DNA of 64,000 nucleotides from NCBI GenBank assembly GCA_010015805.1, contig ML978122.1, positions 2,266,453 to 2,330,452 of the forward strand. Direction: 5' to 3'. This document shows, in pieces, positions 24,717 to 38,058 of the stretch (positions within the stretch are counted from its first letter, which is position 1; the number at the start of each line of letters is the position of its first letter). The translations under genes were made by a program, and so were the position numbers. The notes under the pieces were generated by a model, which saw only the letters and a list, made by a program, of their open reading frames with translations, searched no databases and was not told the DNA's origin. This DNA comes from Rhizodiscina lignyota. Taxonomy: Eukaryota.

Positions 24717-25730
24717 TTAGGATCTCCTCCATGCCAAGGCATACATCTCCGCGATAGCGCCAAAACCTCTCAGAACGCCAATCAGCACTGCAACATGCCA
24801 CAAATTGTGACTGCCACCCAAGTAATCAAACCACCCAGGTAGTTGCGACTCCGGGAATCTTGCAGCATAAATAGCTGCACCAATGGCTATCGGTGTGAAA
24901 ATCCGCATTAGCGGTCTGTAGAATTCAGCCGCGGCTGAGAGCCCTTCAGCACACATCATATGGATTGATGGAAGAACAAATCCCTGAAGACATAACATTC
25001 CAAAGAAAAGAACTCGGATCCACCTTCTCGTCACGGGTAGTCGCGACGTGTCGATCTTGATCAGTGCGAGATCATGGCGGCGGAACAGAGAGGTCCAAGG
25101 CAGTACAAGACCAATGAGTCCGCCTAGAAGAGAAGGGATCATGTAGACACATTGCCAGAATGGCTGAGTGTAGAAGGCCGCGTACTGCGTGACGACCATC
25201 GAAGCCGTCACGATGAGCGATATTCCCATCATATCAACCGAGGCGAAAGCGCTCATGGACTTCAAGTCTGCGGTGCTTTTCGCCGTGTGCCAGACGACAC
25301 TGCACAGCAAGCATACTGCAGCCGCCGAAATGTATAACCCTGCGACGTAGACATCGACAGCACCACGCTGGCCTTGGAAGCTGGCTTGTGGAAAAAGGAA
25401 AATGCTGAAAAGGATTACGAGAATAACACCAAGAGCATGCGACCAGATGTTGAATGATTCGTTTGAAAGGTGGAAAAAAGACATTGCCGTATCGCGCTTC
25501 GTATTCGTGAAGCGATAGCCGCGGAGAATGGAATGATTGATCTTCCACGGCTCAGGAAGGTCCGCAAGGTCGATCAAGCCATGCTGATCTGCAAGCTTGA
25601 TGGCTTTCGCAATGGACTGTTCAAGGTCGGGGTCGTTATAATCGATGTCTTTGCCGGCTAGCCTCATCTTTGGTACTGTGCCAGTCAGGCTTATCGACTT
25701 GGTGAATCGGAATGATGCTGCTGGTACCAT
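24717..25730 (-). CDS. PAQR/haemolysin-III family protein (Izh3-like)
   Basis: LPEPWKIN..ILRGYRF, NESFNIWSH, SVVWHT, D..GI, RFPE...PGWFDYLGGSHNLWH; seven TM segments. Confidence 0.9.
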   Translation of the reverse strand: MVPAASFRFTKSISLTGTVPKMRLAGKDIDYNDPDLEQSIAKAIKLADQHGLIDLADLPEPWKINHSILRGYRFTNTKRDTAMSFFHLSNESFNIWSHALGVILVILFSIFLFPQASFQGQRGAVDVYVAGLYISAAAVCLLCSVVWHTAKSTADLKSMSAFASVDMMGISLIVTASMVVTQYAAFYTQPFWQCVYMIPSLLGGLIGLVLPWTSLFRRHDLALIKIDTSRLPVTRRWIRVLFFGMLCLQGFVLPSIHMMCAEGLSAAAEFYRPLMRIFTPIAIGAAIYAARFPESQLPGWFDYLGGSHNLWHVAVLIGVLRGFGAIAEMYALAWRRS

Positions 25731-27065
25731 TTGTCTTCTCCATTACAGGCTTGGCTTCGAAAGACATCTCTTTGGTTGGAGTTCTTTGGGTAACGGGCAT
25801 GCCTTGGCAGGACGATAGCCACAGATTCCAGTAGCGGGCGATGAAGGAAGACCCCATGAAGTCTTCCAGCTGAAGCCGGAGCAAGTCTTCCATGCTTTCG
25901 TACTAGTAGCTATACTAACGATGCGAAATACGTAAGTTCGAACGAGATCAATTTGAAAGCGGCCGTAGGTGAAATGAGATGGGCAGGAAAGCTAAAAACA
26001 GCGAGATAAACGTATATTGTTCGTTTGTGCCATCAACCGGAGCCTCACTCACGATGTAGCACGTGCGAGTATGAGTGAAAATAACTTCAAAGGTCAGCAG
26101 AATTCTGAGCAAAGATCTTAGTTGTTATCCTTTTCGTTTTTCCGGCGGAGGTGCGGCGCGGTGAGGTTCGCCGAGGTTCAGTATATAATAATCAAACAAA
26201 CAGTTCTCTCGACAAAGGTCAGAACCTTAAAAAAAAGGTTCAGTCGTTTAGCTGACTGAGACAACTAAGCCGTTATGAGGTAGAAAATTAGAAGAAATAG
26301 GTGTTACACTTTAGTACGCGCTACGTCACGCGTGTAAGACTAAGATCTACTATGGATGTATCCGTGCGCTACGGCCGTGCTAGTTCTCTGAAGGTTATCA
26401 TGTCGTGCCCACTCTCTGAACCTTCGAAAAGAAATAGTATATTCCAATATTAAAATCCCGATAAATGGATGATAAACATAGTAATCAGTCGGGTCGTTTG
26501 TGGCGCATCAAACTACCGAAACAGTCACGTCGTGCATATAAATGAATTTAGCCGATCAACTGGACTATTTCAGTTCTCATTGAGGAATTGCCTTTTCGAG
26601 CTGGATACGATGTGAGAACGGGCCACATCTCACCCAGACTCTCTTCAGCTCTCACGTCTCTCGCGTGCCTCGCTACTCCAAACCGCAAGCAGCCTTGATA
26701 TAGCTCGCTCAAATTTGATCGAAATGTACCTTCGGTCGGCTCTCGTCTTCGAAGAGGTTAGTAGCCAGACCTGAGCCGTCAAGGACAAGCCTACGCCTCT
26801 TTGCGAAAGTCCGCGTCGGCCAGCCGCCAAAAGCCATACAGCCAGAGTCGCTAGTAGCAATTCTGTTCTTCCATGATCTTGCTTTTGGCTTAACAGATAT
26901 TAATAACAGAGGTGCAGGTCTAGCCTGTGGTTCTTGAAAATGTATACAAAGTTATTCTGTCGTAGCAGGATGTTCTCGAAACTTTCAAAGAGGTATGACA
27001 ATGTTTATTTTATGATCCAAAGAAGACGCTCCAACTTTAAACAAGGGGAGAAAACAGAAGCAGAC

Positions 27066-28110
27066 CTATCCAGCTTTGACCTTCCCATTGGAAATGTCTC
27101 CCTTTCTCCAGATTCCTACGAACCACACCCAGCTCTCCCATATCAGGGTGACGGTTGATACGACTTCAACGATACTAATCCAAACCGGCACACTAGGCGC
27201 ATCGTATAATCCATCATTTAATGGCGCAATCTCACCAAGTTGCTCCACAAGTGGCGAGTTCGACAAAAGGACTCCCACTGGCGCAGCTCTTGCAGCGGCT
27301 GCAAAGTCCCATGTCATGTTGAAGGTGATTATGGGCCCATAGACCAAGCGCAAAGCACCCCAACCCACAAGAACGAGACGAGACATGAATTTGTCGAGCG
27401 CGACGTTGCTATTGCCACTCCATTTAAGGAGCCGTTGAATGTTGATGCAGAGATTGGACATCTCCATGAAGAGATACTGGCGAGCGTAATAATGCACTGC
27501 TGGACGCTGAAAGGAGACATTGTAAGCCTTCAAATGAACGATATGAACACGAACGGCAACATACGAAAAATAGTGCAACGGAAGTCGACGTAACCAGGCC
27601 GTGGATCTTCATCGGTGCGCTGTGGTCCTCCCAGTTCACTAAAGTCTCCAGAAAATGCCAGACCAAGTAACCCAACGCATACGCCATGGCTTTGGCCGTA
27701 TCATCCTCATATCTGCAGATGCGGTCTTGCCAAGTTACGGCCAGCTCTCTTTGGGAGAAAAGATTCAAACGAAGAGCGAAGTACGTAGCGATGGAAGACT
27801 GTATCATCGATATGCTGACACGAAGAAACCTTCTGCGATGGATACCGACGAGCTTAGGATATGTTGCTGGCGCGAGGAGGCATGCAAGACTTGGGATGAT
27901 AAGGGAGTAAAGTGCTTGGTAGAGGGCCATCATTGAGAGTACCCGGTATGCGTGGAGATGAAAGACATGAAGGGTGAAATTCTCGGCCCAGAACTGCTGC
28001 GGATTTGATGCTGGCGACAGAGAAACATTGCTTGCCATTGGAGGTCCGAAAGGGCTTGTAAACGCTGCCAATCTCGGCTGAATAGCCGCTTCTGCACGCG
28101 AGGATGCCAT
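27066..28110 (-). CDS. TLC (TRAM/LAG1/CLN8) domain membrane protein, TMEM56/Tda4-like
   Basis: SMIQS, WQDRICRY, ALGYLVWH, IHG, then after an intron (about 27564-27507) RP..HYY...LFMEMSNL.INI, RLVYGP, WF..I. Confidence 0.8.
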
Positions 28111-28633
28111 TGAGAGTCGGTAACTGCGTCAAGAAGAGTGGTAAGTTGTTGACTTCAGTGGTCTGGTCACCTCAGAGCTCAAGTACTGTGCTCTGCTACT
28201 TAATTCCCGTCAATGCAAGCGTTGGCATTGAGCTCCAGATTTAGACCCTACTATGATCTCATCTCATCTGGCTCTGGATTTCGTGCCTGACAGTTGGCAC
28301 TATATATGGCTATTTCTGTATTCTCTGAGCTGATACAGAGTACGCTAAAGCATAAGCTGATTTAATTCTAACGTTTCTCCGCATTTGAGCTTTATTAGGC
28401 ACAGCACAATGCCGCGGGTTGACGGAGCTGATTAGCATTATGCAGAACTCGTTCAAATGTGTATTGAGCTAGTGTAACTTAAGCGTTCATAATGGAATAT
28501 CTTAACTAATACGGAGTTTAGTGACGGATGAAAGTTGATATGTGAGCAGAAGCTGTACAGGATACGTTTATGAGGTAGATTTTAAGCAGATGGTGAATTA
28601 ATGGGCGAGAGACAAAAGCAACAAATCGCGCTA

Positions 28634-30463
28634 TTAAGCAGAAGGTGCCCACTTTCCCTCTACCGGCTGAAGTTTCAGATGTAACCTGCCCTTGATGGTT
28701 CGCACATATGAGAGCATGTTCAGCGGAGTAGGTAGAGTGTACCGCAATTCGCGGTGTCCATCCACCAGTTCCAGCTCGAACGCTCCCACCAAACCGACCA
28801 AGAAGATTTTTCCTTCATTCATGGCATATTCTCTCCCAACGCAGCTTCTGGGTCCATGCGAAAAGGGCATGAAGCTCGTCTTGTCAGTTGCGCCACCTCT
28901 GCCAGAGATGTCGTCAATCCACCGCTCTGGGCGGAACTCTTGAGCATCCTCACCCCACACGTCTTCGCGTCGGTGGATAGAACGGACCGGCGCCAACAGC
29001 TCCTCGCCCGCGAGAACATGCATATTCCCGATGTCGGCATCGCGGACAGCAATCCGAGGTATCGAGCGGGCTGCCGGTTCGAGACGAAGGACCTCCGAGA
29101 ATACTGCGTTCAGGTATGTCATCGAGCGAAGGTGATTTGGTGTGAGTTCGATTGCCGGATCCGGGATGTAATTGTAGATCTCTTCCCGCAATTTTCTTTG
29201 AACTGAAAGATTGGATGCAAGATAATGTAACGCGAAGGTCATCGTGCTCGTAAGGGTGTGGGATCTGTGGGTGAAATTAGATACGCAACAGCCTTATGGG
29301 GTAATCAACGTACGAGGCGGTGATCATAGTGATGATATGTCCATCGATTTCATCGGACGACTGGGAACCATTGAAGACAGTGTCAAGGAAGTCGGGCATC
29401 GCATCGGTATCTTCCACTTGTCCTGCTTCATTCCGCTTCAATTGTCTTTTCGTTCTCACTTTACGGGAAAACTCGAACAAACATTTTTTACCAAATTCCT
29501 GCATCTTTATTTCTGCGATTGGCAACTTGTAGATCCAGTGAAATGGCAGGAAAGTGACGAGGAGTCGATGGCACACAAATTCAAGTAGAGATGAGCCTTC
29601 TGTCTGAGAGAGGTGCAAATGAAGGAGATCAGACTTTTCGCCGCCGTCCGCAAGTAGTCCACAGTCATAGTCGAAAAGTGATTCGCCCGAGACGTCTGTG
29701 ATGAATCGATAGGTCCAGCTTGACAGTTCTATAACAGAAGACTGAGTGGTAGTGGCATGGAGCCGCCTCATGAGCTGAGAATTGAGAAGCTGGGTTTTGG
29801 ACCACGAAACAGCCACAAGCTTGCTGTAGAACTTGGAAGCCAAGCTTCTGACGATCATTCTTCTTTTTTCCTATTTTCACATCGTCAGTGAACAGTTCTC
29901 TATTACGCGGATCTATATATCGGCTTACTCTGTGCAACTGGCCATTGTATGTAAATATGGAGTGCGGCGAGATATACTCGAGTGAAACAATGAACCACAA
30001 CGGCTTCTGAAACGCTGCATATTTTGAAACTAGATACTCATTGACATCTTTCCTATCTGCGATACCGAAACGCCCAAGGCTTAGGGACTTTAACATGCGT
30101 GAAAGCCTCTGAAAGCTGCCCGGGCTCTCGGGTGTCATGTCCCAGCTCCGAACATCGACTCCCAGGCGCAGGAGAATGTTACGGATCGACTGATTCAACA
30201 CTTTTGGCTTCTGTATCTATAGATTCTGTGAGCTGTAAAGAATTATAAATGCGGGAGATGGTACCCACCAGATCGCTAAAAAGCTTTCCGAATCCAAGGA
30301 TAAGTATGAGAAGATATCGACGCGGGTACAGTGCATATAAGGCGTAAGTCGCAAGTATGAAAATAATACATCGTACAAACAGAACAAAGACTACAGATTG
30401 CTGTGAGAATGTAGAGTTTGAAGAATGATCATGTAGATCACTGAAGCCCGGTTGTGAAGTCAT
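28634..30463 (-). CDS. Cytochrome P450
   Basis: N-terminal TM anchor; three introns restore one frame; EVLR (ExxR), FRPERW, heme motif FSHGPRSCVG. Confidence 0.9.
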
Positions 30464-31347
30464 AATAGGAAATATGAGAGGCGGTCAAAGGAAAAGCGAA
30501 CAACATTGCAGTAATTGAAAACTCAGGCTGTATATGTCGGGATACTCTCAGGTCGCAGTTCTGACGATGGACTGGCCGTCTCTCACAACGCTGGAGTCCG
30601 GGCTAGTCAGATATTCATGGATAACGTGAGTGCTGCAGTAACCACCACCATATCGAGAGAGTGTATTCCCGCTGAATTCCCTAAAATATCCACAATCCAA
30701 TGTCGACCATCGTAGATTCCGCTCTTGTTGAGTTCGAACAAGCGTTGATATAAGCAGGGCTATGCATGTGTATCATAAGCAGCTCCTGCACGATAGCTTC
30801 TGACGTGACACCAGGACAAAACCAGAATACGGTGAAAATTGCGTTATTATGCAGAAGCTAGTAGGGGGCCCTGGCTTAGCGCTCATACAGATTGACTACA
30901 CCCAAATTCTTCGCTGGACCTCGGTCTTGTCAGAGCAAATCGTCGCCTCGGAAACACTCACTTATTCCGCCATACTCTAAGAGTGTTGGCAGTTACGCTC
31001 TTCCCGCTAATTCGCCACTCTTTCGAATTAAACTCAGGATGCAGACTGGTTGTAGTCCATACAAAGCGGTCCACAAGAAAGAGTAATGGAGCTGACACGT
31101 CGATGGCGCTGCGATTATTCGGGGATGGAGCTCACGCCCCAATTGCTCCCCTCTCACTTACTGCCACCGTATTGTATCCCAATCGACCGAAATAGAACCC
31201 CCGAATAGGTCATATGCGCATGTCTAAGTATGTAGCGTAGACCCGAAAGTAGGGCATTACAATCCGAGGTGACTTCCATATCGTTGTCTAATCTTCGCCC
31301 TTATTCATTTTACTCTTTTCTGATGTTTGCGATTTCCCATTGATGCA

Positions 31348-33403
31348 ATGGCGCATATACGGAGAGACTTTCACAGCACTAACGCCCCTTACGGAACATA
31401 CTTCGACCATGGATTCTGGTCATCGGAGACATTGCAAGAGAACATGCTGCTTGAGCTGCCGGAGGCTAGGAAGCAACAAGATAGTGCAAGCACGCTCGCT
31501 AGCGATGACAATGACAGCCTCTCCTTGAAGAAGACGAAACCGACGAATATCTATTTGTCCGGATGGAGGCTCTACGCTGCGATCGCAGGGTTCGTCTCCA
31601 CTTGCGTTTATCCTCTACCAATTCATTCTAAAGTAACGAGGGGTTGCAGGTCAATGCTGAGCGTCTCAATGATCTCTATGGAGGCTACTATAGTTGGAGC
31701 CTCAATCGTACCGATAACCACAGATCTTCAGCACTTTGATATTAGCAGCTGGATCTTCTCGGGATATCTGTTGACTTTCGCCAGTTAGACTTCCTAGGTC
31801 TCCGCAAGAATGACTGAGTCTCTAACGATTCTTCTCATAGGCTTCCTGCTCATCTTCGCTAGAATGAGCGACATCTTCGGCCGAAAGCTCGTTCTGCTCG
31901 TCTGTCTGGCAGTTTTCTCACTCTTCTCGCTCGGCTGCGGTTACTCTCAGACGATGATACAACTTATTATATGCCGTGCTTTCCAAGGCATAGGAGGATC
32001 GGGAGTTTATGCGGTTAACCTCACGATGACTCCCGAACTGACAGCGCCGAAGCATATCGCTTGGGTGATCAGTTTAAACTCTGGAGCAAGCCTGCTGATG
32101 TTGATTCTCGGCCTTGTGTTCGGCGGCTTGATCAGCACACATACAACATGGAGGTGGATCTTCTGGTGCATGTCCGTCTATCGTTAGCATCGGGGAAATG
32201 GGTATTTGCTGACTTTACTGTCAGGGCTCCAGCTGGCCTCATCTCGATTGCGTTACTATACATCGCCATACCGAATTCGTTCCCCAATCTAGGTACAACA
32301 GAGACGCCGAGCCAAATGAGTATTCATCCTTTGGGCTTGTGGTCAAGAAGATCGAGAGACTTCTGGCGTAAATTTGACATAATTGGCTCTCTTCTCCTTC
32401 TTTCGACGTCGGTCATGTTTCTCTTTGCGATAGAAGAGGGCAGCAACGACAAGTTCGGATGGAGCAGCGCACCCATTATAACAGGATTCTCTGTTACCGG
32501 GGTCTCTGTGCTTGCCCTCATATGGTATGAGAGGATGCTATCGCGCCAACACGAGGAGAGAAGGACGGAAAGAGAGCCACTGTTAGCAACAACTTTGTTC
32601 AGGGCTCGGCCTGTGGTTTTTATTTTGCTGTGAGTGCTCCGACTCTGCCTAAACATTGCGAGGTAGGGCTCATCAGGTCTCGTCCCATTAGTTTCGCCTT
32701 CCTGACTGGCCTCCCATTCTACACTCTCCTCTTCACTTTGCCAGAGCGATTTCAGATTGTCAACTTCGAGACACCAGTCAATTCCGCAGTCCGTCTCCTA
32801 CCTTTCGTGGCGTTCATTCCTTTCCAGGGCACCATCACGTATCTCACTCTCCGGTTTCAGATTCCAGTGTTGATAATCCTATTTATTAGCGCATCGCTTT
32901 TCCTCGTAGGCGTTGCTGGACTCACAACAGCACCAAAAACATTTAGTACCGGACACTACGTGCTCCAAGCGGTCGCAGGCCTGGGAATTGGTCCATGTCT
33001 TAGCATAGCACTTTCGTACACCACCAACCTCATCCGCAGGAAGAATCCAGATGCCCTCGCTGTCGCAATGGGCCTATTCCTCCAAGCAAGAACCTTGGGC
33101 GGTGCGGTAGGATCTGCACTGACTGCGGTCATCTTGAAGCAGAAGGTCAACCATTACATATCTAACGCCGGACTGGATCCCAAAGCTGTGGAGATCCTCA
33201 GGTATACGCCAACGCTGATAAATACTTTCGGTGACGAGCAGAAAAACCAGGCTTCGAAACTGTATAGCGACATATTCTCGATCGATCTTAAGATGGCTGC
33301 GGGCGCAACAGGATTGGCATTACTAGCACTTTTCGGCTGCTATGAGAAGAAGTGGGCACGAAACGGAAGGAAGGCGAATGCGGAACTCTACGATGAAGAA
33401 TAA
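31348..33403 (+). CDS. MFS multidrug transporter (DHA2/EmrB-QacA type)
   Basis: SWIFSGYLLT, ARMSDIFGRK, ICRAFQGIGGSG, GGLISTHTTWRWIF, RTLGGAVG; four introns. Confidence 0.9.
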
Positions 33404-33810
33404 TACTCTGTGGAGCAGCCTCCTTAAGTTATCTTAATTTTCTACATGCATGAGACGTCATTCATCTCCGCATGACACTGCCAAATTGTCGAACGTGTTT
33501 CTGCCACCACACAGTGGATGTGGCCTGCATGAGGAATGAGAACGTCAGTGTTTGCGTAAGGGAAACTCGCCATGTGTTAAGACTTAGTCCAGTTTACAAC
33601 AGTAGTTTGCTTCCCGCAACCAGGGGGAATATACAATACGGCGATCAAGGGGGCCACATTAACAGTTTGGCAACTCAGAATCATTTTGCTTGAGCAGAAC
33701 TTTCTATTGAGCATCAAAAGTGTGCAGTGTCATACTTAGACCATGGTCGCACTTCCTTCATATCGTCATCGCCGGCATCTTTATCATCCCAAAGCTCCGT
33801 ATCACTAAGC

Positions 33811-34787
33811 TCATGATGGGCTAAGAAATGCGCCCACAGCCTTCACAGTCTCTTCGAACTTGGCTCCGTCAATCAAAATGACATGGCCGGAAGGCTTCAC
33901 GCCCATTTCCTGGAACGCTCTTTTCGAATCCGACGTTCCCTCATCCTTCTTTGTATAATCGAAATTGCCCCACAACATCGCATGCTTCTGTAGCACCTCG
34001 TCCTCTGGGTGGAAGTAGAACGTCTCTCCCCCCTCACTCTTGCTACCCTTCTGCTTTTTTTTCTTCGCAGGCCGGTCGTCTTCTGCGTCGAGCTTTGACT
34101 CTACCTCAGTGTATGTCTTCGACAAGATGAGATAGTGCGTAAAATTGTACGGCTCTTTCTCTTCCAATGCCCAAGAGATTTCTTCGAGAAGCATGTTATA
34201 CATTGGAGGTACGATTTCAGCAGGCATATTGATGAAACGCTCCGTCAGGATAAGGCCAACTTGTGCGCTGGACGAAGAGGAAAACAGCTGAGAGAGTTGT
34301 GAAAGCGAAGGATGCGTGGAGGATTTGGAGAGAAGGTAAGATGTGAGGTCTTTGATGACTTGCTTCTCCTATGGGTGCATTAGCGCAAATAGCAGATCGC
34401 CAATTCGCATCAGACAAACCCTGTGTTCGTGCAAGTTCAATACCGTCAGGAACGCAAACGGATCTGACTCATTTCCATCAGTCTTGACTGTCGAACCCAG
34501 CAGTGGCTGCGATAATATCAGGTCTACGAGCGCGGAAAGGTCGAATAATTGAGCGTCCACGTCGAAGAGCTGGCGTAGCAGGGTCTTCAGCCCATGGAAA
34601 TCGACGTCAGGCTGCGGGTCGAACCATTCGAAGTCGACATCGAGCATGTCCATGTCCTGCACTTGGGCTTAATTCAGCGTCCTGGATTGAGGTGGGCACA
34701 GGAGAGACAGACCTCATCACTGCCAGAGTCGTCTTCGTCGTCCTTCTGGCGAGTGGCATCCGCCTCTGGGTGTTTTCTCTTTGCCAT
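33811..34787 (-). CDS. BCP1: Protein Bcp1 (BCCIP), 60S biogenesis
   Basis: [62 protein letters not shown]; two introns. Confidence 0.93.
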
Positions 34788-35246
34788 AATCAGATGGACC
34801 AGTGATGGAACGAGCCGAAGAATCTACAGTAGTCCTCAAATAGAGTTGAGTTCTTCTTACGGCGGAGCGGAATAAAACCGAGACCGTGGAAATTTTTGAT
34901 GCACGGACCAACCTCACAAATTCCTAAAGTGGAGAAATCGTTGAAGAGTCACAAGAAAACAAATTATTTGGTTTCTCACTACCTTCTCCCAATTGAGGCG
35001 TTGATCGTCATAAAATCCACCGACAGACTCGAAATACTGGATTAACAAAGCGACGCTCATTTGAAACTCCATTCATCTGCATGCTTTTGCACCAAGTCCA
35101 AAACTTTGAGTGAAGTTCTTTCCGGGTTGTAACGAAAGTTCGCAACCATTTCAACGAACGGAAGGCTCCACTCAAACAGTTGTACACAGTTTGAGAACTC
35201 TATAGTTTCTGCTCCGCACTTTCCCACTTCTCTACAAATCCTCAAT

Positions 35247-36845
35247 ATGGCTGCGCCCAAAGCCGCGTACGACACGGTACTCATCCTGGACTTTGGATCA
35301 CAATATACACAACTCATCGCTCGAAAGCTGAGAGAGCTTCAAGTATATTGCGAGATCCACCCCTACAACCATGTCCCTAAGCTTGAATTCACTCCAATTG
35401 GCGTCATTTTCTCAGGTGGTCCCGCCTCCGTCTACGACGAAGATGCTCCGCATGTCGACGCATCGGTGTTCGAGCTCGGCGTGCCCATCCTTGGCATCTG
35501 CTATGGACTCCAGGAGATGGCGTGGCACTACGATAACAAGAACGTCGCAGCTGGGGACAAGAAAGAGTATGGAAGTGCCATCCTGCAAGTTCAGCGCTTC
35601 AAGGGCCAAATTACAGACGAACTCTTCAAGGACCTCGATGACTCAATGAAAGTATGGATGTCACACGGTGATAAGCTTGCGAAACTCCCATCATCATTCG
35701 TCACTATCGCTACGACATCTAACTCGCCATTTGCTGGCATAGCGCATTCGGAGAAACCATTCTATGGAATTCAGTTCCATCCCGAAGTCACCCACACCCC
35801 ATCAGGCGTTCAACTCCTCCGCAACTTTGCCGTCAATATCTGCAAAGCCAAGCCTGAATGGACAATGGGCAGCTTCAAGGACATTGAGGTTGAAAGAATT
35901 CGTAATTTAGTCGGGCCGAAAGGCCAAGTAATCGGCGCAGTGAGCGGAGGTGTCGACAGTACCGTTGCAGCAAAGCTCATGCACGAGGCAATCGGATCGA
36001 GATTTCACCCTGTGCTAGTGGACAATGGCCTCTTGCGCTTAGATGAGGCATCACGCGTCAAAGAACGATTCACGCGGATGATGGGAATGGATTTGACCGT
36101 GGTGGACGCATCGAAGCGTAATCTGGGGAGACTTGCCGGTGTCACGGACCCGGAGAAAAAGCGAAAAATCATTGGCAATGCATTCATTGAAATTTTTGTC
36201 GAAACCGCTAAGGAAATCGAGGCAGATGCGGCGCGGAACCCAGATGCAGGCGAGATCGAATGGTTGCTCCAAGGAACATTGTACCCAGATGTGATCGAGA
36301 GCGTCTCCTTCAAAGGCCCGAGCCATACGATCAAGACCCATCATAACGTCGGCGGCCTCCCTGAGAAGATGCAATTGAAGCTCATCGAGCCTCTACGGGA
36401 GCTATTCAAAGATGAAGTGCGCAAGCTAGGCCTCGAACTCGGCATTGATGCGGAGCTTGTTGGACGACATCCGTTCCCTGGACCAGGACTTGGTGTGAGA
36501 GTCATGGGCGGGGTAACCGAGGAGAAACTCCAGATCGCGAGACATGCGGACAACATTTTTATCAGGGAGATTAGAGCTGCGGGTATCTACAACGATATTT
36601 CGCAAGCGTATGCGGCCGTCGGAGAAGAGCGCGCAGTCGGAGTCATGGGCGACAGGAGATACTATGGTAGGATACTGTATCTGAGGGCGGTACAGACAGT
36701 TGATTTCATGACGGCAACATTTTACCGATTCAATTGGGACTTTCTGGATATGGTGAGCACGAAGATTGTTAATGAGGTTGTGGGTGTGAGTCGGGTAGTT
36801 TACGATACGACAAGTAAGCCTCCCGGAACGATTGAGATGGAGTGA
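35247..36845 (+). CDS. GUA1: GMP synthase (glutamine-hydrolysing), intronless
   Basis: LDFGSQY, GICYGLQ (catalytic Cys), [52 protein letters not shown]. Confidence 0.96.
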   Translation: MAAPKAAYDTVLILDFGSQYTQLIARKLRELQVYCEIHPYNHVPKLEFTPIGVIFSGGPASVYDEDAPHVDASVFELGVPILGICYGLQEMAWHYDNKNVAAGDKKEYGSAILQVQRFKGQITDELFKDLDDSMKVWMSHGDKLAKLPSSFVTIATTSNSPFAGIAHSEKPFYGIQFHPEVTHTPSGVQLLRNFAVNICKAKPEWTMGSFKDIEVERIRNLVGPKGQVIGAVSGGVDSTVAAKLMHEAIGSRFHPVLVDNGLLRLDEASRVKERFTRMMGMDLTVVDASKRNLGRLAGVTDPEKKRKIIGNAFIEIFVETAKEIEADAARNPDAGEIEWLLQGTLYPDVIESVSFKGPSHTIKTHHNVGGLPEKMQLKLIEPLRELFKDEVRKLGLELGIDAELVGRHPFPGPGLGVRVMGGVTEEKLQIARHADNIFIREIRAAGIYNDISQAYAAVGEERAVGVMGDRRYYGRILYLRAVQTVDFMTATFYRFNWDFLDMVSTKIVNEVVGVSRVVYDTTSKPPGTIEME

Positions 36846-38058
36846 TGAAACATGAGGAAAGGGATGAAATTACGGGCAAGTCAATTCTGTTTTCTTTGAG
36901 TGCAAGAGACGACCGAACCTTAGATTCGATACAACTTAGACTTTAAAGCGCGAGCAATTGCGAAATCTACATATAGATCGAACCACGGAAACCACCATAC
37001 ACCTAGCAACACAGCGCAGTCTCGCTCGAAGAGTGTGAAGCCGCTCAAGCAGCGTGCCTACACATATCGTGCAATATTGCTGGAAGAAACTAAAGCGATG
37101 GAGAGAACGTGCCTCCACGCCTAGTGCGACGTTCCCCGAGGAGAGTGAAGGCATAAAGGAGAGCTCCATGCACGATAAAACACAAGGTCACGCGAAGATA
37201 GTGAAGTCGACGTCCCGCCTATACAGAAAACTACTTCTGCGTTATCATAAAACTGGAAAGCCTTGTAAATTTATATAGGGATTATTTATAGCCTGTTTGA
37301 GATTATCTTGAGCCATTTAGGGCATAAAGTATCCTAGCTCAAATCGGCTCATCTTCGGTTTGACTGTCTTCAACCTTGAAACCTCTGGCGCGACGCGTCG
37401 CGTCCTTCTTGCATATCACTCCATACCTGTTAGGTTCAGATCCATTTAACAGTTCATTCAGCCCTTGCACGAGCTTGAAGCACGACGATCCTACGCACTG
37501 TTCCATCATGGATACCGTGTAAACTTTGTCACAAGATATTTAGTTATGGCGTACCCTTCATCATCCAGACCCACTGTCCGCAAGACTGCGGCCGCCGTTT
37601 CTTTGGAAGGTGTAGGCTGAAGTGCAATGCAGACAGGTTTCGGCTCCGAAATTTGATATCTGTTGTGGAGTAATCCGCAACGATCGTTTAAAAGCCTTTC
37701 ATGCATCTTGGACATTTCTCACTACTGAGAAATTCTTGTGCTATTCGAATGCGTCCTGCTGGAGCGACATTTTTAACTCCTGGATGCTTTGCCCGGTCTA
37801 TGGAACTGTTTTATTTCCTCGCTAGATTTCCCATACTCCTCACATCCCATATTTTACTTTATCATAAATCAATTGGGCTCAGTTCACTAATCACGATATT
37901 TGTTTTCTGCGTTTGAGATAACGGTTACAGACTCTGCTGCGAGATGATTTGACTACTTTAACCTTTCCTCAAGCACCATATGGGAAAACAAGGACTTCGA
38001 AATTCGAGATCGACCGCTTAGGAGCAATGCTAATGCGTTTTGCGGCCAACTCTCGAAT

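Noticed and set aside
28634..30463. P450 as a frameshifted pseudogene
   Set aside because: All frame changes are explained by canonical introns.
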